Shown here: positions 1 through 12,511 of the stretch, piece by piece
Position numbering within the stretch: the first letter of the stretch is position 1
Layout of the letters: each line of letters begins with the position of its first letter
Source: Vitrella brassicaformis CCMP3155
Taxonomy: Eukaryota; Protista; Chromerida
NCBI GenBank assembly: GCA_001179505.1
Contig: CDMY01000510.1
Location: 124,001 to 188,000, forward strand
Length of the DNA: 64,000 nt
Reading direction: 5' to 3'
Made by a program: the position numbers and the translations under genes
The notes under the pieces: model-generated
Seen by the model: the letters and a program-made list of their open reading frames with translations, nothing else
The model's database searches: none
What the model was told of the DNA's origin: nothing

Positions 1-1109
1 GGTGCTGGGCAAGACCGTGTCGACCGTCAAGGCCACGCTCAACAGGCTGGGCCGCGAGCATCCCCTCTACAATAGATTCAACGCGTGAGCACACACTCAC
101 AACAGACAGACAGACAGACAGACCCATGCGACCCATTCAAGCAAATATAGGTGTGTGTCTGTCTGTTGTCTGCAGGGGTGCTCTGCCGTGGAGCGGCAGC
201 GAAGTGCGCAAGACATCGTCTGACCATTTCCGGCGCATCGTAGACTTTGCCCGGAGACAGCGGACAGCCATGGCAGGGACCGTGGTCAAATCGCCGGTGG
301 TCAAGGTGTCGCTGATGCCCGTCATGAGGATCGACTGCGGCATGTACAACATGCGCCCGGCAGAGGTACGCGCCAACATCGCCTCGGCGAGCGAGATGGA
401 CAAGATCGCCCGCATGACGGGCAAAGGCGACACACGCATGAGACGCCTTTACAAGTAAGGAGAGAGAGACCAGGCAGGCCAAGGAGCATAGAGAACCGTC
501 TGTTCTGTTCTGTTCTGTTGGTGCGGTGGGTGCAGGTTGAGTCGTGACGGCAAGCTGTTCACCGACCTGCTGGGCTGCGTGGGCATGGCCAAGAGCCTGC
601 TGCTCCTCATCCAGCACAACAAGCACCGCTTTGGGTGTTGGCTGGAGGGGCCCCTGGAGCAGCCCGACGACCCCCGAGGCGAGAAGCTGACCAAGTGTCC
701 CATGTTCTTCGTCTCAATCAGCGGCGCCTACGACCACCCCACGCGCATCGACGTGCCGGCCAACGAGCAGCGTGTGTCGGTGGCGGGCACCGAGACGGGC
801 GTCATGGATGCCAACGACTTGCCGCGCGCCAACATGTGCATCGCCACGGGGCGGCTGTGGATCGGCTTCGGCAGGTGGGCGCCATCGCCAGACGTCCGTA
901 GTGTGCAGCAGTGGGTGGAGAGGGAGTTGCTGGGTACCAAGTACCGGGGCGAGATCAACCCCATGGGGAACGGCACTCTGGCGGAGGACGACAACTGCAC
1001 CGTGGACGAGATCGAGATATGGAAGGTTAGCGCCTCGTGTCTGTCAGTCCACCGTGCGCGTCTCATGTCTGTCGGTTCCTTCCCCTTTGTGCAGGTCGGC
1101 CTCGCATGA
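1..1109 (+). CDS. BTB/POZ(KCTD-like)-TLDc-like domain protein, 5'-partial, spliced
   Basis: Exons about <1-84, 175-454, 537-1026 and 1095-1109 join at GT-AG sites. HFRRIVDFARR...CGMYNM resembles a BTB C-terminus. RLYKLSRDG..FTDLL..VG..LLLLIQH..HRFGCWLEG....DEIEIWK is TLDc-like. Confidence 0.75.
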
Positions 1110-1587
1110 GGGGTGCCGCCCGCCCGCTGCAGAGACCCTCGCCGCTCTCTCCCCTCTTTAGTAGTCTGTCTGTCTGTCTGGTGCGGATAGCATACGACTC
1201 TTATATGTGCGCGCTGTACGTACCTACGCCAGTGAATGAGTGTTATCGCATTTATTGGACCATTGCAATCGTGGCTTCGGTGTCCTGTATTAGTTTGTCC
1301 TGACGCTGCGTGTGGATGCATGTGTATGTGTGTGTTGCCTGACTGCATGGCTGCGTATCATTGGCTTTATGCAAATCGTGTTTGTGTACGTGTGTTCGTG
1401 TACGTGTGCGTGTGCGTGTGCGATGTGGCTGGTGGCAATAAATCAATTCAATGGAAATCGACGTCTGACCCGCAGATCGACACCCAGACCCTCGCGATGC
1501 GTCTGTCTTCACTACCTCTTGGGCCTACTCTCTGGCGCGCGAGGCAGTTTACGTTCAGCGATGTAAACGGAAGTCTGAAGGCGCGAA

Positions 1588-3216
1588 ATGGCCGCTGTTG
1601 CCGGTGCATTGCTGGGTCTGTGCGTTGCACATTCGGTGGTGTGCATCACCCCGAAAAAGGCCGACTCGAGCGGCTCTCTCCAGACCCAGCTCGATGAAGG
1701 CTACGGATGGCGGGAGCAGCAGCCCGTGGGCGGACTGCGGCAAGGCCAGCACAAGATCCGAGGCGCGACCGGCACCTTGCAACACAGAAATATCACCGGC
1801 AGATCCTTCTTTGCACAACCCATGATCGTGACGGAAAGCCGAGGCGTCTTGTCCCTCCCTGATGCAACCGACCATTCTGAAGGCTTCATCGGTGCCTTTG
1901 ACCGCCCGCCGCCTCCTCGCGCAGAAGCAGCCGCGGCACTCATCACCCCGCTCAATCGCAGCCAAGACGGCAGGCATCAAGATGAGGGCCTGACGGCCGT
2001 CGTCGAACAGGGCGGTGCATCGAGGTCAAGGCGGTTTCGCATGGCGGTTCGGTCGGGAGGCATCTTATCGCCAGGCGATGGGCTTGAAGACGACGGGCAG
2101 GGGCACCACGTGCGGTGGGTACCCAATGCGATGCTACCTAATTCGCCACCATTCCTCTTGACGGCAAGGCCGCCGACAGCTGTGCGGCTCCCTTCTCACT
2201 TTAAGCCAGCGTTGTACGACCAGTTTGACCGGGATTCCCTGAACCTTAACAGGTTCATGTACCGGCAGCCAGGACAGCTGTGCGGCCGCAACTCGTACTG
2301 CGACCCCACTTACGTCACTCAGGAGAACGGCAAGCTGGTCATCAAGCTGCGCTACCTCAAGACGCCTTTGCCGTACACCAAGTCCAAGTACGCGACAAAG
2401 GCAGATGGCTCGCGGGTGAAGGTGCAGCAGACCTGCTATGCCTGGTTCTCGGGCGGAGGCATCATCACAAGACAACGATACACGTAAGCGAATCGTCAGT
2501 CAGTCGGAAAGAGACGACTCTCTGAGGTCCGTCTGTCTGTGTCTCTGGTGTGCTGCAGGTACGGTTACTTCGAGACACGTGTCAAGATGACCAAGACGCC
2601 TGGCTGGCACGAGGCCTTCTGGACATCATACTCAGACGGAGGCAACAACCTGCACCCCATGACATACGGGGCCCGAAGCGAGTTCGACGTCTTTGAGCAC
2701 TTCGGCTCGTTCGGCCCCTCCGAGTTCTACTACGGCGTCTACAGATGGTCGGGGGGCCGAGGCGGCGTGCCCCTGAGACTCGAGCGACTGACCGGCAGCA
2801 GATGGCAGCCCGGCCAACAGGTCGACGTGAGCCCAGAACAGGGGCAGACCACCACCATAGATGCCGAGAAGATGGGCGGAGACCAAGACGACATCAAAGC
2901 CGCAGGCGGCCTCTGTCTCACCAACAACTACCACATCTTTGCCTTGTGGTTTGACAGAGAGCGGGCGGCCTGGTACCTGGACGGCAGCCTCATCCACGAG
3001 GTCAGGGCCAAGACGGACCCAAGTGCGCCGGATGGGCCATACGAGAAGATGCCGAAGAATCTGTTTCACGTGTGGCTGTCGACCATTACCAACTACCGGG
3101 CGGAGGGGGACACCACCAGCCCGCCTGACTGCTACTACGGCAGCAAGGAGGGCAAGGTGGTCCGAGGGGAGGGAGACGTCTTCTTTGACTACATCACCAT
3201 ATACACCATAGACTGA
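1588..3216 (+). CDS. Secreted glycoside hydrolase family 16 (beta-glucanase/agarase/carrageenase-like), 2 exons, ~517 aa
   Basis: Exons 1588-2483 and 2559-3216 join in frame to give GGGIITRQRYT|YGYFETRVKM..PGWHEAFWT. Catalytic ExDxxE motif (EFDVFE), YHIFALWF..AAWYLDG and FDYITIY. Hydrophobic N-terminal signal peptide. Confidence 0.85.
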
Positions 3217-3499
3217 CTGATGGACAGAGAAAGGATCGATGGATAGACCGAGAGAGTGTAAAGAAGGTGGCATGTAGGCAGGCATCTATCTGATAGACTT
3301 ACAAACATGGGCCCTTCTGTGTAAGTGTGTGTGTGCGTATGTGTGTGGTTGATGTGGCCTTGTGTGTCGTCGAGTGAATGCGGTTGGTTGATGTTTTTCA
3401 ATTTGTCAATCACTTTTTGTGTGCATCAATCAAGAAAGGCGGACACATCCCTGAGCGCGCGTGTATGCCGCATGGATGGATGGGACCGAAGTTTTCAAG

Positions 3500-5390
3500 G
3501 CAATTCCATACATGGAAAGTCGATCCGCAATCCATCCATCCATCCATCCACCCAACGCAACCATCGTCAACGAACACACTGTTCACATCCACGTATATAC
3601 ACTCAAACACAGCCAGCCAGCCAGCCACTCAACACACAAATCGCGGCACGGAAAAGCACCGCACACAGCCGCTCTAGGCAGGCATATGAGCGGTTACACA
3701 GTGAGTGACAGAAAGGCAGACAGGGCGTCTGGCGTTTAGGTCGGCATCATAGGTCTCCACCTCTCTGTCCCTGTCTGTCTGCTCTGCCTGTCAACACACT
3801 CTGTATGTGCAATGTTCTCCACTCCCACCCCGCCACTCAATCTACACACACCAGCACCCGCCGCCCAGACCCTCAGCACGCCACACACGACACAATCGGT
3901 GAACCACACACACCCACACACCTTCGCTGCAGAGGGGTACTGTGTACTGTGTACGTGTGTGTGGGTGACGGAAGGCAATGACAGAGAGAGGGCAAACGAG
4001 TCGGGCAGCCCGGACATGGGAAGAGAGAGAGAGAGGTGTCCGTAGGTGGGCGAAGGCGTACCATAGCTATGAGATAAACCAGTCAGTCACACTAAACGAG
4101 CCCAGACAAAAAAGCAGGACAGCCAGCCAGCCAACCAAAAGGGCACACGACAGCACACCAGATGAACAGCCGCACATGTGCATATCAGATTGTGAAAACC
4201 AACAGGCGAGAGCCATTCACACACACACACACACACACGCGGTAGTACAATCAGTAGAGGGTCTCTCTCTCTCTCTCTCTCTCGTGTGTGTGCGTGTGTG
4301 CGTTATCGATGATACCCATCCACTCACCGCTCACCCACCCACCCACCCACTCCGTGAGCCCGTGCGTGTCCATCTACCCGTCCATTCACTTGAGAGCGAG
4401 TCAGTCGAGCCGTTGTCTGTCTGTCTGTTTGTCTTGTCGGTGAGTCCGTCGACTCGCACACATCCCAGGCCACACACACCACCCCTCCCACTCCCAGCAC
4501 TAGTTATCCCATCACTGCCCCCGTACGTCCTCAAGCTCAGTCAGAGAGCGGCCAAAGGTCAGACAGAGCAGCAATGGGGCAACTAACTAGTGCTGGCAGA
4601 GGTGGTGTGGTGTGGTGTGGTATGCGGGTGAATTGCACACAGCCAGCCAAACAAAAAAAAACACCACCCTCCGTCCATCCATCCATCCATCCCGTGCTCG
4701 CTCACTCATCTGCGCAACCATGCCCAGCCCAACCATCGTCCACGAAGACACTGTTCACTGCCAGCCGTCCATTCGTATCTACAGCATAGAATCGGCTCCA
4801 GTCGGCTCCAGCTGCCGGCTGTCTGTATGTCTGTCTTTCTGTCTATCTGCCTGCCAACTCCACCCCGCCACTCAGTCTACACCAGCACTCGCCGCCCATA
4901 TATATCATCACGCCGCACACGACACGCCATCGGTGAAGCACACACACACAGCACATCGACCAGCAGGGGTACTGTGTACGTGACGTGTGTGTGTCGGACG
5001 CAAAGCGCAGGCAGGTGTAGCAGAAAGAGGGCAAACGAGTCGTGCAGCCCGGACATGGGAAGAGAGAGAGATGTGTCCCGTAGGTGGGTGAAGGCGTACC
5101 GTAGCTGAGATAAACCAGTCAGTCACACTAAACGAGCCCAGACAAAGAAAAGCAGGACAGCCAGCCAGCAGCAAACAAAACAAACGACGCGACATTAGAT
5201 GGCCCTATCAATTGGCTGAATCGCCATCAAAGGAAAGCACATTCAGTATCACATGTTAAGTGGGAAGCACAAATGTTAGGCATGGCCAGCACGATGAACA
5301 CCAGGCGAAAGCCAGACCAACAGCCATTCACACACACACCGCAGCAGCACAACCTCGGGTACCCAGGCAACCTCTCTCTCTCTATCGTGT
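3500..5390. repeat. Diverged non-coding tandem duplication (units about 3500-4300 and 4650-5390)
   Basis: Near-identical blocks: GCAAACGAGTCG(G/T)GCAGCCCGGACATGGGAAGAGAGAG at ~3992 and ~5031, and GATAAACCAGTCAGTCACACTAAACGAGCCCAGACAAA at ~4072 and ~5109. Further matching blocks at ~3555/4730 and ~3830/4860. Confidence 0.8.
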
Positions 5391-5697
5391 TGGGGCGGGA
5401 TTGGCACTTGGCGCGCCCCTCTTTATAGTATGTCCCACTTGGCTGATGAATGACGGATCCGTCCATCCATCCACCACCCACCACATCTGTCTGCCAGATA
5501 CTGTACAGTACACTCTCCCTTCCTGTCTCGCTTTCCACCACTCCACCAACCCTCCCTCAAGGTATACATGTGTGTGTGTGCATGGGTGTCATCCATGCAT
5601 CCTCCCGTGCTCCCATCCATCCATCCATGCATCCAGCCAGCCAGCCAGCCAGCCAAGTACGCACACTGCCCCCCCCAACACGCCCGTACGATGCAGG

Positions 5698-8600
5698 CTA
5701 ATTCAGGCGCTTTAGTCGCCCCCTCTCGTCGCGCGTCCACTCAACACCAGCAGCACTAGCCCCAGCACCACGGGAAGCCTCACGTCGGGCCCTCTTGGGC
5801 GGTGATGGACGGCCGTGCTGGCGATCTGCATCCATGGTGGCGGCCGGCTCTCGATGTCGGCGCTTGCGGCGGGCAGCCAGTGGCACATCGTCATCGATGT
5901 CGCCGTCGGGCTGCTGCAATATGGGCGGAGGGAAGCTGAAGACAGACAGACAGATAGCGAGAGTCGTTTGGCTCAATGTCTGTGTGCCTGTCTCGGCGTG
6001 TGGGTGCGTGAGGTACCTACCCAGCGAGTTCGCCGCCATCTGGTGATGGCACCAGGACGTCTTCAGCAACTCCTGCTGCTGCAGCTGCTGCCGCTGCCGC
6101 TGCTGTAGGGGCTTCTAGGTCTGCATGGATAAGCCAACACCACACCACATCACACCACACCACATCACATCACATTACATCACACAGAGAGATTGAGGGA
6201 ATGCATGCATAGCCCGAGATTTTCGATGGTCTGTCCGCTCACCAATATCCATCCCATCGCCACGACCTCCCCAGTCGACACGCCGACCACCACCGGCACC
6301 ACACGCAGCCATATCCCCCTCCCGCCCGTCCGCACACTCACGGGGATCGTCATTGTCGTCCTTTGCGTCCTCGGCTGTGGTTTTGGGCTTCTTGGCGAAG
6401 GCCGCCTCCCGGGCACGGTCCTCTTCCTGCTCATCGTCATCGTCGAGGAAACCGCGCAGACGCCGCAACTTGGCTGCACACACCCAGACAGAGAAGGACA
6501 GTTCAAATGTCAGCACCCTAGCATATGTATTCTCCCTCCCTCCCTCCCTCCCTCCCGCCCCCCTCTCTCTCGGCTTACACTTCGTTCTTTTCTGTCTGGG
6601 CAGTATGTCCTCCTCTGATTCATCATCATCACACTTCATCGGCTCGTCCTTGACCATCCCACCGTCGCCACCACCAGCCGCCGCCGCCGCCGCCGCCGCA
6701 GCTGCAGCAGCGGGCTCACTGCGGGCATCCCCATCCCCCTCCGCCTCCTGGTCCTCTGTGTCCTGAGGATCGTCTGCCGGCGGTTTGGGTCGGGCAGTGT
6801 CGTCGTCAATGAGCATCCTCTCGCGCGGCCTGTGTCCGCCACCCACACTCGCTGCAGCTGCAGGGGCCGCTTCCTCGCGGAGTCCCTAAGCGAGACCGCC
6901 GCCGCCACGCCCAGCTTCCTGACCCTCACCGCCCTCGCCGTCAACGCTGCAGTCACGCATGAAGGGGGACCATGCATAGAGAGGTGGTGAGTGGTGTCTG
7001 CTGACGCCTGCGTACCCGTCGTTGTGTGGGTCCATGTCAGGCTGTCCGCCATTCTTATCATCAGGCGACTCGGCCGCCTCACCGCCGCCGCTGTCCTTAT
7101 CGGCGTCACGGTGGTCCTCGAAGCCATTGTGGGGCAGCTCATCAACCTCATCCATCAGCTGATGCTGCTGCTGCTGCTGCTCACCATCGGCAGCATCATG
7201 GTCGTCCTGTCCGGCGCCCTCTTGGCCGGGCGAGGGCGGGTCGATGTTCATGTCCATGGCTTCTGGCGAGTTGGGGGGCGGCGTGGGAGGGGACATGGGA
7301 TGGTCCTCCTCGTGGCCGCCTGGCGGCTGCTGCTGCTGGTCGTCATCGTCACCAGCCTGCTCGCCGCGTTGTCCGCCTTGCTCGTCACCAGCAACAGCGC
7401 CTCGCTCGCGCGGCCTGTGTCCGTCACCCTGTTGGCCGTTGACATGGTCGCCAGGGGGCGGGTGAGGGTCGAGATCCATTTCCTCGATGGCTTCTGGGGA
7501 GCGTGGGGGCGACGGGGGAGACCGGAGGGGACGGGAGCCTCGGGACGGTTGAAGAGGGCCGGGAGGGTGGTTGCGCGGGGCACGGTTGCTGCCGTCTGCA
7601 AAGACGGTCCTCTGTGCGCGTAGCACCGACGGGCCACCGCGGCTGGCCTCATGCCCACCAGTGATGACGGCTGCCATCAGCTCGCCGTAAACTGAAGACA
7701 CACACACGTGTAGGTATCTTCCGTATGCCCACCATCGTGTGTGTGTATATGTGTGTGTGTGTTTGTGTGTGTGTGCGCGTACCCTCTTCAGCCCACTCCT
7801 TGTGGCAGAGGACATTCTCCACGACGACCGCCTCGAACGCCCACGCGAACAAGGCGTTGACCTTCTTGGCCAACTCGGCCCTCGCCCCCTCCCCCGCGCC
7901 CCCTCCCCCGTCGTGTGCTCCTCGAGGAGCTGCTCCCACCGCTGGCCCATCTGTTGCTTCTGTCGGCACCCATCGGGCAGCTCATCTATCCACCGGCCCG
8001 TCACCTGCAGCTGCCCATCCACCCCCATAACCGATGCCAGTCCGCCTGCCATCCGACGAAGGGCGGCGTGGCCGCCCTTGCCGCCTCGCGGCGGCTCGTG
8101 AGGGTCGGTGGCCTGGGCCCTCACTCGCACGCCAGCGGCCCGCAGAATGGCCTGGCTCTTGATCCTCCGTTCAGCGTCGCGCTTGGCCTTGTCCTTATGG
8201 GCCTTCTCCACCGCTTCCCTCCTCCTCGCCTCCTCGTTTTGGCCGCGATGGCCTCATCACGGGTGGCGTAGGTGGCGACCTTGATCTGGCGGCCTTGGTA
8301 GTTCATCGAGTGGACGGAGGGGCGTCGGGCAGCCGCTGCTGGTGCTCGTGACGGGCGGATGCTGGGGGTGAGGGGGGGAGGGGCAGGCCTGAAAGAACGG
8401 CACGACAAAAGAAGGGAGGGAGAGAAAGCATCTCTGGACTGCCTGCCTCTTTTTCCTTGGCTGGCTTCCAAGTGAACGCACCCCACCGGTGACCCGTTGC
8501 ACTCACCTCTGTGCTGCCGTGAACTGTGCGATTCGTGAGCACGCATGGCGTGCTGGTGGGTGTGGTGCGCGGCGTGGGTGGCGGAATGCATCGCCACGCC

Positions 8601-8922
8601 TTCAGAGGATTGTGCAGCTGAGCTCCTGCCACCTGCAGTCAAGGTACAACAAGGGAGAGTCACATTCAATATGTGAATGCTGCCAGCAATCGGTGTTGTG
8701 CAGCAGTGCATCCCCCTGGGCAGGTGCATTCCTGTTCTCCTGGCTGGTCTGTCGATGCATCGGCGATGCATTCGAGAAAGGGGCCCATACACCCCACTTA
8801 CCCCTCCCGCCAGCACCGCTGCTCTCTCCTCTCTCGCCCCGGCGGTCATCCCTCACGCCTGCTGGCCATCCCTCGTCATCACCATCACCCATCCCCGAGT
8901 CGCGACGCCGGAGGCGGCTCAT
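5698..8922 (-). pseudogene. Decayed multi-exon low-complexity protein gene (AP2-like fragment, coiled coil, P/D/E/Q-rich tail)
   Basis: GC3-rich frames with GT-AG introns, but frameshifts near 8310, 8238 and 7890, and an in-frame TAG at 6886-6888 that separates two ORFs in the same frame (GGGLA*GLREEAAP). Confidence 0.6.
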
Positions 8923-9211
8923 TTCGCCATTGTGGCGCCGCTTGGTGGACCGCGGCTGGTCCTTTCTACCTGGAGGTCACTGGCAGGCCTCTGCCTGCTG
9001 CCAATTCGTTGTCTGCATCGTTCGTTTGTTCGTTTTCACCTCCCGCTGCCAACTCGGATCGCCAGAGAGCTCGCAACGGGTTTTGAGGTGCCGCTGTTGC
9101 TGTTTTTGAGAGGAGGAAGAGGACAAAAAACACATAGCCAGATATCTTCTTGATCTCTTAAAGGCTGAGCAGGAGGTCCTGTTTCGTCGCCCGCGTGTGT
9201 GAAGGAAAAAG

Positions 9212-9908
9212 ATGGATGGGCTTGGTGGTGGTGATGAAGATGCCGAGAGAAGGCAGCTGCTTCATGACGCGCTCAAGCACAACAAGGACTATCAGATCGC
9301 TGAGGGCCTGACGGTCAACCTCTTCGACGGTTTTGTGGACTGGAAGAACTTCCACTGCCTTGGGCAGAGCGCCGACCATCCCTTCCCACACATGGACCCA
9401 AGGGCCAGGACCACACATCGAGGGCAGACCTATGTCGAGAGTGACACTGACGCGGAGGTGAGCAGAAGGAACGGGGCGGAGCATTGATTCGGTTTGATGG
9501 CTGGCTGGTCTGGTTTTGACCATTGCACTGCAGATGCTCATCTTCATTCCCTTCAACCAAAAGGTGACCCTGCAGTCGCTCGGCTTCACCGTCCTCTCAT
9601 CGCATCTCTCTTTCGGCCCCCGCACCGTCTACCTCTTCCCCAACCGATGGAGTCTCGACTTCGACGACGCTCTCACCACCGACCCGGCGCAGACGCTCAC
9701 CTTCACGCGCGAGGATCTTGCGGACGGCACCGCTCTCTCCCTCTCTGCGGCCAAGTTCTCGTGCGTCGACTGTGTGTGGGTGTTTGTGGCGTCCAACCAG
9801 GGCGGCGAGGAGGTGACGCGGATGAGCAAGATGGGTCTGCTGGGGAGGCCGCTGAAGGACGGGAGCCACCAGAAGCTGGGGGGCATCAGGGGCATGATGC
9901 GAGCATGA
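9212..9908 (+). CDS. PITH (proteasome-interacting thioredoxin-like) domain protein, 2 exons
   Basis: Exons 9212-9457 and 9534-9908 give YVESDTDAE|MLIFIPFNQKVTLQSL...GPRTVYLFPN..SLDFDDA...KF..V..VWVFVASNQGGEEVTRMSKMGLLG, the PITH signature. Confidence 0.85.
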
Positions 9909-10148
9909 TACAGACAGACAGGGAGGGGAGGGATGGAGGGAAGTGGGTGGCGAGGACAAAGGTCCCCTGCCACTCACTGCCTTGTCCACCAGTGAGCGGT
10001 TGGTGCTTGTAGAAAGAAGGGCTGCCTGCATGTGTCTGTTGTCATGTCAGCTGGTCGCTTTTGTACATACCTAAGTCAGTCGGCGATCATGATTGTCACT
10101 CCAACGCACGGCACTGATATATGGCTTTTCCCCTTGTCGTGACCTGCG

Positions 10149-10201
10149 CGATGATGACCAAGATACCGTTTCTGCCGCGAGAGGTATCTTGGTAGTCATC
10201 G
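10149..10201. other. Intergenic stem-loop (19-bp stem, 15-nt loop)
   Basis: CGATGATGACCAAGATACC (10149-10167) and GGTATCTTGGTAGTCATCG (10183-10201) are complementary at 17 of 19 positions. Confidence 0.7.
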
Positions 10202-10612
10202 TCAGGGCCGCGAGAAGGCGACTGCCACAGCGCCTAGAACATGGAGTCTGTGAAGAGCTGTGTGTGTGCGACTGGGTCTGTGGCGTAGCACGAGCGTTTG
10301 AGCGTTTTTTGACGGTGACACAACTGAGTGTGTATGATCATCATGGCGGTGTTGTGGCCCATCAATGGTTATCGTATCGTTTTCTGCTTGCTTACGAATG
10401 GCTGTAGAAACGACAAGTACCATCGCCGAGCTGTGTGGATGGTGCTAGTCGTCTCCTCAGTGGTCGTGGGAGCAAGGAGAGAACGGACACCATGTAATTC
10501 ATCCGGACCATCGTTGTTGAAGCTTGTTCGGTCAGTTGAACCAGACACAGAGAAAGACACAGAGAGACACGCACGTACGTAGGCTGGCAGACTTCAGCAA
10601 GAAACGAACGAA

Positions 10613-12310
10613 TCATGGGGCGAGGTGTGGCGGGTCGCGGCACACTCGCTTGTGTGCATTGAAGTCTTTCTTCTGACACACACTCGAACAGTAGCGCGTC
10701 ACCCCACACTTCAGACACAGCAAATCGGCTCCGATCTTCCCGCATGCGCCACACCTCTTCATCACCGTCACACACTCAACCTGCACACACACATACATAC
10801 ACTCATCCATCCATCCACCCACCCACCACTGAACAGACCGAGCCTTATCTTTCTTACGGCTTCCTTGGGCAGTCCGGGGATCGGCCACTCACCCCCATTG
10901 AACCCCTGCACCAGATCCAACGGCGTCCTCCCCAGACCATTCCTACACACAAACAGAGACACCACGCTCACAGGGTGCACAGAAGCGGTCCATTGAGATG
11001 TGTCCGGCCCACCTGATGGCCACTGTGGCCCCACTCTCTTGCAGAAGTGCGACACACGGCCCATCACGCGCCTCCGCAGCAAAATGAAGAGCCGTATAAC
11101 CTGTCGACAGAAGCAAACACGCCATCTGATTTGGGCTGTGTCTCCCGTACCGTTGTCAGCCGCCGCATTGACGAAGGGCACAATCATCGGCTTTTCCCCT
11201 CCGCCAGCCACCTCACCCAGCGCCATCAGGACCATCCTCACAGGCGACAGCCTATCAGCCCCCCGACCCTCCCTGTCCCTGCTCGCGACACCCGCCCTCC
11301 TCACCGCGGCCATCAGCGGAGTCAGGCCGCCCTTTCCCGGCAGAGATGGATCGGCGCCGCTTTGCAGCAGAGCCATGACGGCGATGTCTCTGCCTGAGTT
11401 GATGGCGAGGATCAGGGGGGAGGGAGGGGGAGGGACTGGGGAAGAGAGGGATGGGCTGGTGGGCGGAGTGAGCTCGGTTGCATGCAGCGATGCGTTGCGT
11501 GAGAGCAGCAGCTGGATGAGCTTTGCGTGGCCCTTCTGACATGCGTAGTGAAGAGCGGTCCATCCGTGGTGGTCCTGCTGGTTGACTGATGGAGGGTGGG
11601 CAATGAAAAATAGCTGCTGGACCGCCCTCAGCGTCTCGCCGTCATCACATGAACAGTGGCTACACACCTATGCAGCCAACCAACCGCACGACAAACAACT
11701 ACAGCTAAAGAGATGCACTTCGTGTCTCACCCACCTCATGCAGTGGTGTAGAGCCGGAGATGGTGTCTACAATGGTCGCATCACATCCTGGTGCGTCCGC
11801 AAGGCAGGAAATCATCTTGCCGCCGCCATGCGCAAAGGCATTGCACGCCAGCCAGAGAGCAGTGCGGCCATACATGTCTCGCTGGTTGACGTCATAGTGG
11901 CAGTCGCGGAGCAGATGGCACACCTAGAAAGGGAAGGACACAAAAAAAATGAGAACAGCCATCCATCCATCCATCCCACCCTCTTTGTCCCACACCAGGT
12001 GTTCGTTCTTTGACAAGACGGCAAGATGCAGAGGAGGCGGACTGTCTGGACCAGGCGCAAACTGTCCAAGAAGACGGCACGATGGTTCACACCCTGCCTG
12101 CACACAGCAACAGTGCCTTGTCCTAAATCTGGACTGCAGAAGCTGGTCCTCTTTTCCACTCACCTGGCAGGCGGCGAGGTACGGCCCGAGTGCGTCGCTG
12201 TCATCGCCTCTGCCGTGACCATCTCCATCTGAGCTCAAGAAGGGCAGCCTTTTCAGTGCTCTGGAGAGAAACTCAGGTGTGTCGAGTGAAGCCTTTGCTT
12301 CCAACTCCAT
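10613..12310 (-). CDS. Ankyrin-repeat protein with C-terminal MYND zinc finger, multi-exon
   Basis: Ankyrin motifs DVNQRDMYGRTALWLAC, GSTPLHE, GWTALHYACQKGHAKLIQLLL, GLTPLMAA, GYTALHFAA and GRTPLDL. Last exon has CGACGK...CLKCGVTRYCSSVCQKKDFNAHKRVC (zf-MYND). ATG at 12310. Confidence 0.85.
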
Positions 12311-12511
12311 CAGGGGAGAGAGGGGACAAAAAGAGGATCGCTGGCTAAGCTCGCAGCCCCTGTGCCTCCGAGTCTCTCCTTTGCACTCTGACAGGCCCCT
12401 GATCTCTTCTCCCTTGGGCCGTCGGGGGGCTTTTTGTTCCGTGTAGTTCCTCGAGCTCCTGCCGTTGGGAACAGCCGTTAACAGTACTGGCTGTTCGCAC
12501 AATTGCAAGAG

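Noticed and set aside
3220-5700. Many short ORFs rich in HTHT, VCVC and PSIH
   Set aside because: Translations of (CA)n, (ATCC)n and (CCAG)n microsatellites, not genes.
6886-6888. Programmed readthrough or alternative genetic code at the in-frame TAG
   Set aside because: The same locus also has frameshifts, and other genes in the window use TAG as a normal stop.
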